A DNA stretch of 33,061 nt from Deltaproteobacteria bacterium (GCA_019308145.1 JAFDIG010000008.1:1-33061); one strand, 5' to 3'. Counted from the first letter of the stretch, positions 9,202 to 18,465 are shown. Notes: generated by a model from the sequence alone, not told the origin. Translations and numbers: made by a program.

Positions 9202-9828
9202 ATGGCAAAAGAGATATCTTTTAAAGGTTACTCTATTGTTTCATGTGGAACAATGCGGCCTGAATTAGAACATCTTAAAAAAACAGGTTTTTTGGATGCT
9301 GATAAAATACTTTATACTGCTCCAGGTTTACATGACAAGCCAAAGCTTTTGGAAAAGCAATTAAGGAGACAATTAAAAAGTACAAGAAAGTTTTCAGAGA
9401 AGGTCATAGTTGTTTATGGGAAAAGATGCTATCTTGATATGAATGATCCTAATAAACTTGTTGAAACAATCATGCGTGATGAAGTTGAAACCGCTACTCG
9501 TATCCAAGCTGGGAATTGTATAGATTTTCTTGCAGATAAAGAGGAAAGGGAAAAGATTCAGGGCAATAGGAAGGTCTATTGGCTTACACCTGGATGGCTG
9601 ATTTACTGGAAACAGATTTTTAAGGATTGGGATGTTGCTATGGCAAATGAAACATTTCCTCAAAATGATGTTGCCATTCTTCTTGATCCTTTAGATATAT
9701 TTAATGACTATGCAGAAAATTTTCCTGAAAAACTTTTAGAGTTTTCTGATTGGATGCAGATAGGGATTGAACCATATCCTGTTAGCCTTGATCGTTTCAA
9801 AATGCTTCTTGCTAATGAAGTCAAATAA
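9202..9828 (+). CDS. DUF1638-like protein (function unknown)
   Basis: 208-aa ORF with a strong RBS (AGGAGG 7 nt upstream). The pattern SCGTMRPEL...LH..P..L...VYGKRC...GNCIDFL...YWLTPGW fits my recollection of PF07796. Not searched. Confidence 0.55.
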   Translation: MAKEISFKGYSIVSCGTMRPELEHLKKTGFLDADKILYTAPGLHDKPKLLEKQLRRQLKSTRKFSEKVIVVYGKRCYLDMNDPNKLVETIMRDEVETATRIQAGNCIDFLADKEEREKIQGNRKVYWLTPGWLIYWKQIFKDWDVAMANETFPQNDVAILLDPLDIFNDYAENFPEKLLEFSDWMQIGIEPYPVSLDRFKMLLANEVK

Positions 9829-9857
9829 TTTGTTTTGAAAATTGGGATAAAGAGAAT

Positions 9858-10319
9858 TTAAGAATTCTTTATGAAAAAATCATTTTTCAAATTTAAATCT
9901 TTATCTTTTATATGTTGATATTCTTTATAAGCCCACTCATATGCTTCTTTTTCCTGACTTAAATATAGGTTTAATCTCTCATTTTTTAGATTTTCATCAT
10001 TTAAATACTTTTCATATCCATGCTCTATTATCTGTTTTATCTGTATATTAAACCAATTTTCTGGATGATGTTTTATCTTGTGTGCAATTTCATGTAAGAT
10101 TAAAAATAAGAATCCATAATCACTTGCTATATTATAGCCCCTTTTCTCAAAACTCTTTACCATCTTTATTATTTCTTTTTTTGTTATATCCTCTTTTATT
10201 ATTATTCCTCGTTGGGTAGCCATTGCTAACCAGTTTTGTCCTGTCTTTGCCTTTTTTACCTCTATCTTTTCAATTCCATATCTTTTTGTTAAAATTTTTA
10301 ATTTCTCTATAATTATCAT
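9858..10319 (-). CDS. Small hypothetical protein with zincin HExxH motif (SprT/DUF45-like signature)
   Basis: 153-aa ORF. LILHEIAHKIKHHPENWF resembles the HELxH...H..FW signature of minimal zincin metallopeptidases. There is no signal peptide or TM segment. Confidence 0.45.
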   Translation of the reverse strand: MIIIEKLKILTKRYGIEKIEVKKAKTGQNWLAMATQRGIIIKEDITKKEIIKMVKSFEKRGYNIASDYGFLFLILHEIAHKIKHHPENWFNIQIKQIIEHGYEKYLNDENLKNERLNLYLSQEKEAYEWAYKEYQHIKDKDLNLKNDFFIKNS

Positions 10320-10423
10320 ATCTTTTTAGCTATAATGGAAAAGGTATTTAAAAAAATCAAAAAATATTATATAAAATTCATTCTATCAAAAAATCTTTAC
10401 AAACTTTTAAAAAGGCTTAAGCT

Positions 10424-11092
10424 ATGTTTATACCTTTAAAAGATGAGAATCCAACAAAAACTTATCCATACATAACTGTTAGCATAATAATTGTCAATAT
10501 CCTCTTTTTCTTTTACGCACTATTTCAAGGGAAAATGGGGATCAACAATATTGCTTATAAATTTGGTGCTATTCCTTATACTTATAGCCATTTTCCTTTC
10601 CATTTATTTCCAAATGCACTGCCACCACCTTTTACCCTTATCACATCACAATTTGTTCATGGAGGTTTTTTTCATATTGCAGGTAATATGCTATATCTCT
10701 GGATTTTTGGAAATAATATTGAAGACGTAATAGGGCATTTTAGATTTTTAATATATTATATCGTTGCTGGCATTATAGCAAGTTTTGCACATATCATTGC
10801 TTCACCTTCATCTACTATACCTATGATTGGTGCAAGCGGGGCTATTGCGGGAATAATGGGTGCATACATGGTACTTTTCCCTCGCGCAAAGATTTTAACC
10901 CTTATCTTTTTTATTATTATTATACAAATTGTAAGGATACCTGCTATATTTGTTTTAGGTTTTTGGTTCTTTATTCAACTCTTGATGAGTACTAACCCTA
11001 ACTCTCATGTTGCATGGTTTGCTCACATTGGAGGATTTCTCTTTGGAGTTGTTACCATAAAATGGATGATAAAAAGGAAAAGATATATTTAA
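10424..11092 (+). CDS. Rhomboid-family intramembrane serine protease
   Basis: 222-aa polytopic protein with the catalytic GASGAIAG (GxSG), the downstream AHIGGFLFG histidine and a FVHGGFFHI motif. Confidence 0.88.
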   Translation: MFIPLKDENPTKTYPYITVSIIIVNILFFFYALFQGKMGINNIAYKFGAIPYTYSHFPFHLFPNALPPPFTLITSQFVHGGFFHIAGNMLYLWIFGNNIEDVIGHFRFLIYYIVAGIIASFAHIIASPSSTIPMIGASGAIAGIMGAYMVLFPRAKILTLIFFIIIIQIVRIPAIFVLGFWFFIQLLMSTNPNSHVAWFAHIGGFLFGVVTIKWMIKRKRYI

Positions 11093-11113
11093 AAAGAATT
11101 TATTTTTTCATTT

Positions 11114-12217
11114 TTATTTTGTTTCCCAGAGATCTTTTATGGAGAACCTTCCTATACCTTTTGATTGAATCAATACTTTAAAAACTTCTCCCATTCCAAC
11201 TTCTGGAACTATTAAATTTTTTATTGCAAGTCTATCTTTTATCCCTTTTGCAGAAAAATCTGATGGATCAATACTATCTAATATCCCAAGATTTATTAGA
11301 AATTCTTTTTGAGTTAAATAACTTAAAGTATTAAAACCATACTTTTCTCCAAAGTAAATTAATGCTGAAAAATTTACATTTGCTGTTATATCCTGTTCGC
11401 CTATATTTATATATGGACTTTTTGAGACTTGGTGAAGATAAAAAGAACGAATAGTGCCGTCTATTTGGTAAAAAGAATAGAGTTTTTCAGAGAGATCACC
11501 GTAATCTATGGTAATTAAAAAGCCCTTTTCAAGGAGCTTTGAGATTTTATTTAGCCATCTTATAGCTTCAAGATTAACCTCTGCTCTTTGCCCTTCAAAT
11601 AACTCAATTTTTAGCTCTTCAAAATAAGACAAAATCTCATCTGTAGAAACCTCTCCCACTACTTCAATAAATTCCTCATTTTTATACTCTACATATATTT
11701 CTTTAAGCCTTCCTTTATCCATCTTGACGATATGAACTGGAAGAGCATCAAAAAATTCGTTTGAAAAGATGATCCCATTGATTTTGATTTCTTTTTTGTA
11801 CGGGTAAAGATATTTATCTAAAGAATCTTTTGCTAAATATCTTTTTAGTTCCTCCATCTTCTGATCTGATATCTCTAATGGTATATATTTTAAATAGTTA
11901 AAATCTTCTAAATATCTTTTTTCAAGGTTTAATAGGATATCCCTGGCAAGATAGCCAACGCCAGCCCCTATTTCCATTAAAACTAATTCTCTTTCATTAA
12001 AACGTTTAAAGAGTTTACTAAATAGCTTTGCAAGCATCTCACCAAAGATTGAAGAAATCTGAGGAGCAGTATAATAATCATCTCTTTTTCCTTTTTGATA
12101 ATACCCCCATTTCGAATTATATAAAGCATGAGACATAAATTCAGCAAAAGTAATCGCTCCTTCTTTTTTAATCTTATCTGCTATAACGCTCTTTAAATCA
12201 GAAAAAGGTATTTTCAT
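11114..12217 (-). CDS. Class I SAM-dependent methyltransferase, MidA/NDUFAF7 (DUF185, COG1565) family
   Basis: 367-aa ORF. It has ITFAEFMSHALYNSKWGYY...DYYTAPQISSIFGE followed by the LMEIGAGVGYLARDIL SAM-binding loop. The ATG at 12217 lies 4 nt after the stop of the radical SAM gene. Confidence 0.8.
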   Translation of the reverse strand: MKIPFSDLKSVIADKIKKEGAITFAEFMSHALYNSKWGYYQKGKRDDYYTAPQISSIFGEMLAKLFSKLFKRFNERELVLMEIGAGVGYLARDILLNLEKRYLEDFNYLKYIPLEISDQKMEELKRYLAKDSLDKYLYPYKKEIKINGIIFSNEFFDALPVHIVKMDKGRLKEIYVEYKNEEFIEVVGEVSTDEILSYFEELKIELFEGQRAEVNLEAIRWLNKISKLLEKGFLITIDYGDLSEKLYSFYQIDGTIRSFYLHQVSKSPYINIGEQDITANVNFSALIYFGEKYGFNTLSYLTQKEFLINLGILDSIDPSDFSAKGIKDRLAIKNLIVPEVGMGEVFKVLIQSKGIGRFSIKDLWETK

Positions 12218-12221
12218 CTTT

Positions 12222-13595
12222 CTATGAGATCTTACTTATTATAGTATCTTTTTTGTTTTTATCTCTAAAAATCTCCTTAGCCTTTTCATTTATATATCTT
12301 TTCAAATCAGCTAAATCTTGTAAAGAAAATCCTTTCCATTGGCATGGGAGAATAGTGTTATTATGGAAAAGTGGTTCAGATACAAGATCAAATTTTGAAC
12401 TTTTAACAGCCTTTTGCCATAAAGGAGTTCCTGGAATAGGTGAATATTCTGCTATTTTCGGGTATCCCCCTCGGTCAAAAACAAAATTTATCGCTTCTTT
12501 AACTTCCCTAAAATCCTGATATGGGAGACCAGCTAAAAGATAAACACCAATATCTTTAGGTGTGTAGCCAGCCTTATGAAGTAGATTTATTGCCCTTGAA
12601 AACTCATCTTTTGAAACTTTTGAATCAAACCTTTTTTCTTTTTTCCCAATTGTTTCAAGTCCAAGCCGTACTGTTTTAAAACCACCTTCATACATAATAG
12701 ATGCAACTTCATAACTTATCTCTCTTGCATGCATACCATTGGGTGTGTGAAAACGTAACTTAAGCCCTCTTTTTAATATCTCTTTCATCATTGGGATAAA
12801 ATGTGAGTTAGGATTTATAAGAAGTGCATCATCATAAAATGCAAAATCTATAACGTTATATTTATGATGCCAATATGATATCTCATCTACCACTTCCATT
12901 ATTTCCTTTTGTTTAAAGTTAGGATAGAGTTTAAAAGAAGCACAGTAAGAGCATCTAAATGGACAACCTCTGGAGGTTATTATACAGAGATAAGATAGGG
13001 AAGGATAAAGATCAAAGCACGGATAGGAACAATTATCTCTTTCTTTTGGCAGTCCAACAATATTTTTAATATAATGAAATAATAAAGTTAAATCATGACC
13101 TATAAAAACCTTATCAACTCCTGAATATCTTTTTGCATGATTAGGAAGTAAAGTAGCATAAATGCCACCAAGAATAATCGGAACTTTAGGATGTATCTCT
13201 TTGATAATCCCTATTGTCCTAAAAAGCCCTGGATACCAATATGTCATTCCTGATGTTACTAAGATAATTAAAGGAGAGGACTTTGATAATCTTTCCTTAA
13301 AAACTTCTTCTGTTATCCCATACCGGCAATAGTGTCTTTTTATAAATGATAAAACATTAGGTTTATCTATTATCTGACGAATAAATTTACCATCCCCATA
13401 AGATTTTCTTTTTTTAACATGGCTATTGTTCTCTTGGGAAAAAAGGCAATCAATAAGCTCAACATCATACCCCATCTTTCGGAGTTTTCCACCTATGATA
13501 AGAAGTCCTAAAGGTTTAGCCCATAAATCATAGGCAGCAAAATCATAAATCCATGGATTTACAAGTAAAATTGTTTTATGTTTCACGTGAAACAT
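12222..13595 (-). CDS. Radical SAM enzyme with N-terminal B12-binding-like domain
   Basis: 457-aa ORF with the CPFRCSYC (CxxxCxxC) radical SAM cluster motif after a roughly 200-aa Rossmann-like N-domain (ILLVNPW...LGLLIIGGKLRKMGYDVELID, ILGGIYAT). Its ATG directly abuts the mnmE stop codon. Confidence 0.85.
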   Translation of the reverse strand: MFHVKHKTILLVNPWIYDFAAYDLWAKPLGLLIIGGKLRKMGYDVELIDCLFSQENNSHVKKRKSYGDGKFIRQIIDKPNVLSFIKRHYCRYGITEEVFKERLSKSSPLIILVTSGMTYWYPGLFRTIGIIKEIHPKVPIILGGIYATLLPNHAKRYSGVDKVFIGHDLTLLFHYIKNIVGLPKERDNCSYPCFDLYPSLSYLCIITSRGCPFRCSYCASFKLYPNFKQKEIMEVVDEISYWHHKYNVIDFAFYDDALLINPNSHFIPMMKEILKRGLKLRFHTPNGMHAREISYEVASIMYEGGFKTVRLGLETIGKKEKRFDSKVSKDEFSRAINLLHKAGYTPKDIGVYLLAGLPYQDFREVKEAINFVFDRGGYPKIAEYSPIPGTPLWQKAVKSSKFDLVSEPLFHNNTILPCQWKGFSLQDLADLKRYINEKAKEIFRDKNKKDTIISKIS

Positions 13596-14975
13596 CTATT
13601 TCCCTATACAGAATTGGCTAAAGATATTATTTAATATATCTTCACTCGTAACCTGACCAACTATTTCACCTAACGCATCCATTGCTTCTCTTAAATCAAG
13701 AGCAATAAATTCTAAGCCTATGTTGTCATTAATTGCATCAATTGCTTGAGATAAAGCTATTTCTGATTTTTCAAGCAGCAATTTTTGCCTAAAATTTATT
13801 GCTATCTTCTCTTCTATATAATCTGCTCCGCCAAAAAGAGAGACGCTGCCCATTTTGTTTTTGAGCTCTTCAATCCCATCACCTTTTAAAGCAGAAATAT
13901 CTATTATATTCTTATTTTTGAAATCCCTCTTTATCTTTTTTAACTCTATCTTTTGAGGCAAATCGATTTTATTTTTTACTATAATAAGATTTTTATCTTT
14001 TATAAGTTCAAAAATGTCATAATCTTCTTTTTTTAAAGGTTCACTACCATCTAAAACAAATATGATAAGATCCGCATCTTCTATACTCTTAATAGCCCTT
14101 TTCATGCCCTCTTTTTCAATAACATCCTTGGAATCTCTTATTCCAGCAATATCATACAAGATAAATGGGAATCCATTTATTTCAATAGAATCTTCAATTA
14201 TATCTCTTGTGGTGCCTGGGATTGGGGTAACAATAGCCCTCTCTTTTTCAAGCAAAGCATTTAATAAACTTGATTTCCCAACATTAGTTCTTCCCGCTAT
14301 AACTGTTTTTATTCCCTCTTTTATCATTTGGCCTTCTTTATAAGTGGAAATAAGCATAGTTATAGATGTTTTTATTTTTTTTACCTTTTCTATTATTTCA
14401 TCAACCGGGAAGGGGATATCCTCTTCAGGAAAATCTATATGTGCTTCAACAAGAGAAATTATCTCTTTTAGTTCATCCTGAATTTTTTTAACCTTTTTAG
14501 AAAGTTCACCTTTTAGTTGTCTTTGAGCTAAATAGACCGCTTTTTCTGTTTTAGATTTCACTATATCAATAACTGCCTCAGCCTGTGTGAGATCGATTCT
14601 GCCATTTAGGTAAGCTCTTTTTGTAAATTCACCAGGTTCTGCCAGTCTTGCACCCTCTGATAAAACAAGAGAAATGATCTTTTTTATAACATAAAGACCT
14701 CCATGGCAATTTATCTCTACGATATCTTCTCTTGTATAGGTTTTTGGCTTTTGCATATAGACAGCAAGGACTTCATCTATAATTTCATCATTTTTTGGAT
14801 CAATGATATGACCATAAATCAAATGATGAGGAGTAATATCTTTTTTATGGCGAAAAATTCTTTTAAGGATCTTTAAAGATTCCTTTCCGCTTATCCTGAC
14901 TATTCCTATACCACTAATGCCAGGAGGAGTTGAAAGAGCAACAATAGTGTCACTTGATAAAAAGGGGGATAACAT
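13596..14975 (-). CDS. mnmE: tRNA modification GTPase MnmE (TrmE)
   Basis: 459 aa with N-terminal DTIVALSTPPG, G domain GRTNVGKSSLLN / DIAG / NKID, and the signature C-terminal CIGK. It sits in the conserved position after jag. Confidence 0.93.
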   Translation of the reverse strand: MLSPFLSSDTIVALSTPPGISGIGIVRISGKESLKILKRIFRHKKDITPHHLIYGHIIDPKNDEIIDEVLAVYMQKPKTYTREDIVEINCHGGLYVIKKIISLVLSEGARLAEPGEFTKRAYLNGRIDLTQAEAVIDIVKSKTEKAVYLAQRQLKGELSKKVKKIQDELKEIISLVEAHIDFPEEDIPFPVDEIIEKVKKIKTSITMLISTYKEGQMIKEGIKTVIAGRTNVGKSSLLNALLEKERAIVTPIPGTTRDIIEDSIEINGFPFILYDIAGIRDSKDVIEKEGMKRAIKSIEDADLIIFVLDGSEPLKKEDYDIFELIKDKNLIIVKNKIDLPQKIELKKIKRDFKNKNIIDISALKGDGIEELKNKMGSVSLFGGADYIEEKIAINFRQKLLLEKSEIALSQAIDAINDNIGLEFIALDLREAMDALGEIVGQVTSEDILNNIFSQFCIGK

Positions 14976-15145
14976 TAATGGTTTCCTTTCGTTTTTCTCT
15001 TATAAAAAATTTTTAAATGGAATATAATTATTATAATTAGTTAGTTCATACTAAAAATGAAATGCAAACTAATCATTTTTTTCAGTAATATGAATCACAC
15101 ATATCTTGATATGAAACAAGACCCTTGGAGAACCTCTTGAAAGCA

Positions 15146-15799
15146 TCAATTCTTTTTGGTGGCAGGGATTATAATGATTTTTTTGGTATCACCTTTTCCA
15201 AAACTTTTTGTTCTTAACCTTTTATCATTTTTCAATGCCATATGTATTATTCTGCGCTCTAAAGCATTTAATGAACCAACAACAACAGGTTTTAAACTTT
15301 TCTTTACTTTATTGCCAAGTTTTATTGCTAAATTTTTTACTTTTTCTTCCCTTTTTGCTTTATATCCCTCTGCATCTATTACTATTCTTTTTTTAAAATT
15401 TCCATTCTTGTGGCAAATTTTATTTACTAAATATTGAATAGCATCAAGATTTTTCCCATGTTTCCCAATCAGAATACCACTTCCATCCCCATTGATATTT
15501 ACTCTATATTCATTTTTTTTCTCTTCTATCTTTACCTCAGAAAATATGTCGATCTTATAAACAATTTCTTCAACAACTTGTCTTAAAAATTCTTTTTCCT
15601 TCTCTTTTAAAACATCCTCTTTTATCCATGCCTTTACTCTGTAATTCTTTTTGTCAAGCAAACCAAATATCTTTTTCTCAGAAACAACCTCTCCTTTCCA
15701 CTCAATCTGATCTGGTGTAAGATCATATTTTGCACAGATCTTTTTAATAGCATCTTCTTCATCTTTTCCTAATTCTTCAAACTCTTTTCTTATTTTCAT
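15146..15799 (-). CDS. jag: Jag/KhpB RNA-binding protein (Jag_N + KH + R3H)
   Basis: 217 aa with a GKHGKNLDAIQYL KH-like segment and C-terminal LNALERRIIHMAL R3H. Its start directly abuts the yidC stop, the conserved yidC-jag pairing. Confidence 0.85.
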   Translation of the reverse strand: MKIRKEFEELGKDEEDAIKKICAKYDLTPDQIEWKGEVVSEKKIFGLLDKKNYRVKAWIKEDVLKEKEKEFLRQVVEEIVYKIDIFSEVKIEEKKNEYRVNINGDGSGILIGKHGKNLDAIQYLVNKICHKNGNFKKRIVIDAEGYKAKREEKVKNLAIKLGNKVKKSLKPVVVGSLNALERRIIHMALKNDKRLRTKSFGKGDTKKIIIIPATKKN

Positions 15800-17464
15800 T
15801 TATGTTGCCCTCTTTTTTATAAGATACTGTTCACCAATAGAAAGAAGATTATTTACGAGCCAATAGAGAACCAAACCAGATGGAAAATTAAGGAATAAAA
15901 ATGTAAATATTATTGGCATAAACAACATCATCTTTGCTTGTCTTGGATCACCAGCAGAAGGGGTCATTTTCTGTTGTATCACCATGGTTAAACCCATAAT
16001 AATAGGAGTGATAAATAGAGGATCCTTTGCAGAAAGATCGTTTATCCATAAGAAAAAAGGTGCATGTCTTAGCTCAACAGAACCAAGAAGAGCCCTATAT
16101 AGAGCAAAAAATACAGGTATTTGCAAAATCATAGGAAGACATCCACCAGCTGGATTTACCTTTCTTCTTTTGTATAGATCCATGATCTCTTTATTTAGTC
16201 TTGCCTTATCATTTTTATACTTTTCTCTTAACATAGTCATTTCAGGCTGCAACTTTTGCATTTCTCTCATAGATTTATAACTCTTTTGAGATAGAGGGGT
16301 AAAAATAATCTTTACCAATATGGTTAGTAATATAATTGCAAGTCCATAATTGTGGGTATATTTATTAAAAAATACGAGCAGTTTTAAAAGAGGAACAGCT
16401 ATTATGCTAAACCAGCCAAAATCAATAGATTTTTTTGCATCCTTTCCAAGTGATTCAATAAGGCTTAACATCTTTGGCCCTAAAAAGAGTTTATACTCGT
16501 TTTTTATTTGGGAGTTAGCTGGTATTGAGATATTGTTATAGATTGCTGTTTTTATGGACTTTTCATTTTCTCCTATATCATGCAAATTTTTAATTTCAAC
16601 TAAAGAACCTATCTTCTTTTTAGGTAAAACAAGAGCTACAAAGTAATCCATCTCATGCCCTACCCATGAGAGCTTGCCAGAAAACTTTTTTTCATTTACT
16701 TTTTTTAGATCTTTGCCTTGAATTTTTACAACCCTTTTATTTATCATCAATTTTGGGCCCCAAAAACTATAATAACGTTTTTTCTTTTTTGTTATACCAT
16801 ACCATGAAAGAGATGTTGTTCCTTTAAAAGGTTGATCTTCCTTGTTTTCAATGACTAAATCCATATTTACAACATAATTTCCTGGGATAAAACTGAATCG
16901 CTTTATTATCTTTATTGCATCATTTTCCCAGCTAAAGGTTATGCTTTTCCTTTGTTCTCCTTTTCTAATAGTTATGGTTTCTTTATCTACATTATAATTA
17001 AGATCTTCAGGGAGAATAATATTATTTCCATTTAAAGAGGTTGCTAAAGGGAGTCCAGATATATTTTTTTCAACAATGTTTACAAAATCTATCGGCTCTT
17101 TTTTCTTTGGTTTTATACCAAAAATGCTTTTAATTTTTTTTACTATCTTATTTTCTTCAATTCTTGTTTTATAATCAAAAAGCAAGAATTCTTTTAGCCT
17201 TGCACCTTTGGTGGTAAATTTTGCTTTATATTTATCGGTTTCAACCACAACAAATTTCTCTTTTTCTTCTTTTGAGGGGAGGATCTTTTTTTTCGCTTCA
17301 GCAACCTTGGGCTGAGGAACAACATGAGGTGGGGTTACCTCTTTTGTTACCTTTTCTTTTTCCTTTGGTTTTGTAACTTTTTGTGGTGGTTTATAAAATA
17401 GTGTCTGATATAATACAATAACAAGAAAAGCTATTAATATAGCAATTAAAGATCTGTTTTCCAT
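15800..17464 (-). CDS. yidC: Membrane protein insertase YidC
   Basis: 554 aa with an N-terminal TM helix, a large periplasmic domain and the conserved C-terminal core (MREMQKLQPEM...NPAGGCLPMILQIPVFFALY...PSGLVLYW). Confidence 0.93.
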   Translation of the reverse strand: MENRSLIAILIAFLVIVLYQTLFYKPPQKVTKPKEKEKVTKEVTPPHVVPQPKVAEAKKKILPSKEEKEKFVVVETDKYKAKFTTKGARLKEFLLFDYKTRIEENKIVKKIKSIFGIKPKKKEPIDFVNIVEKNISGLPLATSLNGNNIILPEDLNYNVDKETITIRKGEQRKSITFSWENDAIKIIKRFSFIPGNYVVNMDLVIENKEDQPFKGTTSLSWYGITKKKKRYYSFWGPKLMINKRVVKIQGKDLKKVNEKKFSGKLSWVGHEMDYFVALVLPKKKIGSLVEIKNLHDIGENEKSIKTAIYNNISIPANSQIKNEYKLFLGPKMLSLIESLGKDAKKSIDFGWFSIIAVPLLKLLVFFNKYTHNYGLAIILLTILVKIIFTPLSQKSYKSMREMQKLQPEMTMLREKYKNDKARLNKEIMDLYKRRKVNPAGGCLPMILQIPVFFALYRALLGSVELRHAPFFLWINDLSAKDPLFITPIIMGLTMVIQQKMTPSAGDPRQAKMMLFMPIIFTFLFLNFPSGLVLYWLVNNLLSIGEQYLIKKRAT

Positions 17465-17519
17465 TGAATTTACCTTTCAATAATTATTTTTTAAAGAATT
17501 ATAATTTTTAAAGCCTCAT

Positions 17520-17741
17520 TTACACAGGATCATATCCACCAGGATGAAAAGGATGACACTTCAGGATTCTTACTACTGTTTTTAAAGCTCCATGAAATAA
17601 ACCATATTTTTTAAAGGCAAGTTTGGAATATTCAGAGCAGGTGGGATAAAATCGGCAAGTATTTGGCAAAAAGGGAGAAACAAAACGTTGATATAAGTTT
17701 ATTATCTTTACAATTAAATAGATAAAGATATTACTTTTCAT
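17520..17741 (-). CDS. yidD: Membrane protein insertion efficiency factor YidD
   Basis: Conserved YQRFVSP....[10 protein letters not shown] ... HPGGYDPV. The start was trimmed to the ATG at 17741, which sits 1 nt after the rnpA stop (17743-17745). Confidence 0.88.
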   Translation of the reverse strand: MKSNIFIYLIVKIINLYQRFVSPFLPNTCRFYPTCSEYSKLAFKKYGLFHGALKTVVRILKCHPFHPGGYDPV

Positions 17742-17742
17742 T

Positions 17743-18282
17743 TTATAATAAATCAACTTCCTTTTTATAGAGCCCATTTTTTATAAGGCCCTCTTTTATC
17801 TCCTCACCAATTTCTAAAAGGGGGAGTTTTGAAACATTACTTTTTGCGATTATTATAATGTTTAACCCTTCTTTTATAAAGGATTTATTCTTGCGAAAAA
17901 ATTCTCTTATCCCCCTTTTTACCTGATTTCTCTTTACAGCGTTGCCGATCTTTTTCCCCACCGTAATCCCAATTTTCCTATTCTTTTCAGTACTTTTTAA
18001 AGCAAAGATAACAAAATGTGGGGTATTAATTTTAACCCCCTTTTTTTGGATATTAATAAATTCAGATCGTTTGGTAATTCTATTATCACGGGGAAAACTC
18101 TGATCAATTTTTATACTACAATCCTTTTTCTTTTTTTCTGTCTTCTTCTCTTTAAGATCTTTCTTCCAGCTTTTGTGCTCATTCGTAAAAGAAATCCGTG
18201 AGTTCTCTTCCTTCTCAAGTTGCTTGGCTGATAGGTTCTTTTCATAAAATCTACTCCGATTTTCTCTCTTACTAAATCTCAT
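17743..18282 (-). CDS. rnpA: RNase P protein component, apparently with a long N-terminal extension overlapping rpmH (start uncertain: ATG 18282, ATG 18309, or a non-canonical start near 18100)
   Basis: The core is [14 protein letters not shown]...FVIFAL...[27 protein letters not shown] (RNR motif). There is no in-frame ATG/GTG/TTG between 18282 and the conserved core. Confidence 0.75.
   Translation of the reverse strand: MRFSKRENRSRFYEKNLSAKQLEKEENSRISFTNEHKSWKKDLKEKKTEKKKKDCSIKIDQSFPRDNRITKRSEFINIQKKGVKINTPHFVIFALKSTEKNRKIGITVGKKIGNAVKRNQVKRGIREFFRKNKSFIKEGLNIIIIAKSNVSKLPLLEIGEEIKEGLIKNGLYKKEVDLL
18111..18245 (-). CDS. rpmH: 50S ribosomal protein L34 (not in the supplied ORF track)
   Basis: The reverse complement of 18111-18245 translates to [44 protein letters not shown], a near-consensus L34. 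GGAG lies 8 nt upstream of the ATG. It occupies the conserved position upstream of rnpA. Confidence 0.93.
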   Translation of the reverse strand: MKRTYQPSNLRRKRTHGFLLRMSTKAGRKILKRRRQKKRKRIVV

Positions 18283-18436
18283 TTTAAATTTACTTTTTAA
18301 ACATAACATCCAAGTTTTGTCAAGTTTTATATTTAACCTAAAATGAAAATTACTTTTAATAGTTTAGTTTGTCTCCTCTGTTTTGATTTTGTTGAAAAAA
18401 TTAATTCTAAAATTAAATTTTAATAAAAAATTTTAC

Positions 18437-18465
18437 TTGACATTAAAAATTTAGGCTTTTATAAT
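18437..18465 (+). promoter_or_regulatory. Consensus sigma70 promoter of the LacI-family regulator / ugp-glp operon
   Basis: TTGACA (18437-18442), 17-nt spacer, TATAAT (18460-18465). It lies 40 nt upstream of the ATG at 18506. Confidence 0.6.

Noticed and set aside
14976-15145. 170-nt spacer between jag and mnmE as a possible small RNA or small ORF
   Set aside because: It is AT-rich with no stable helices, no conserved-looking ORF and no convincing -35/-10 pair. It is most likely just the mnmE promoter/leader region.
17742-17777. N-terminal extension of yidD ([12 protein letters not shown]...)
   Set aside because: It would overlap the rnpA 3' end. The conserved YidD sequence begins after the ATG at 17741, which directly follows the rnpA stop.
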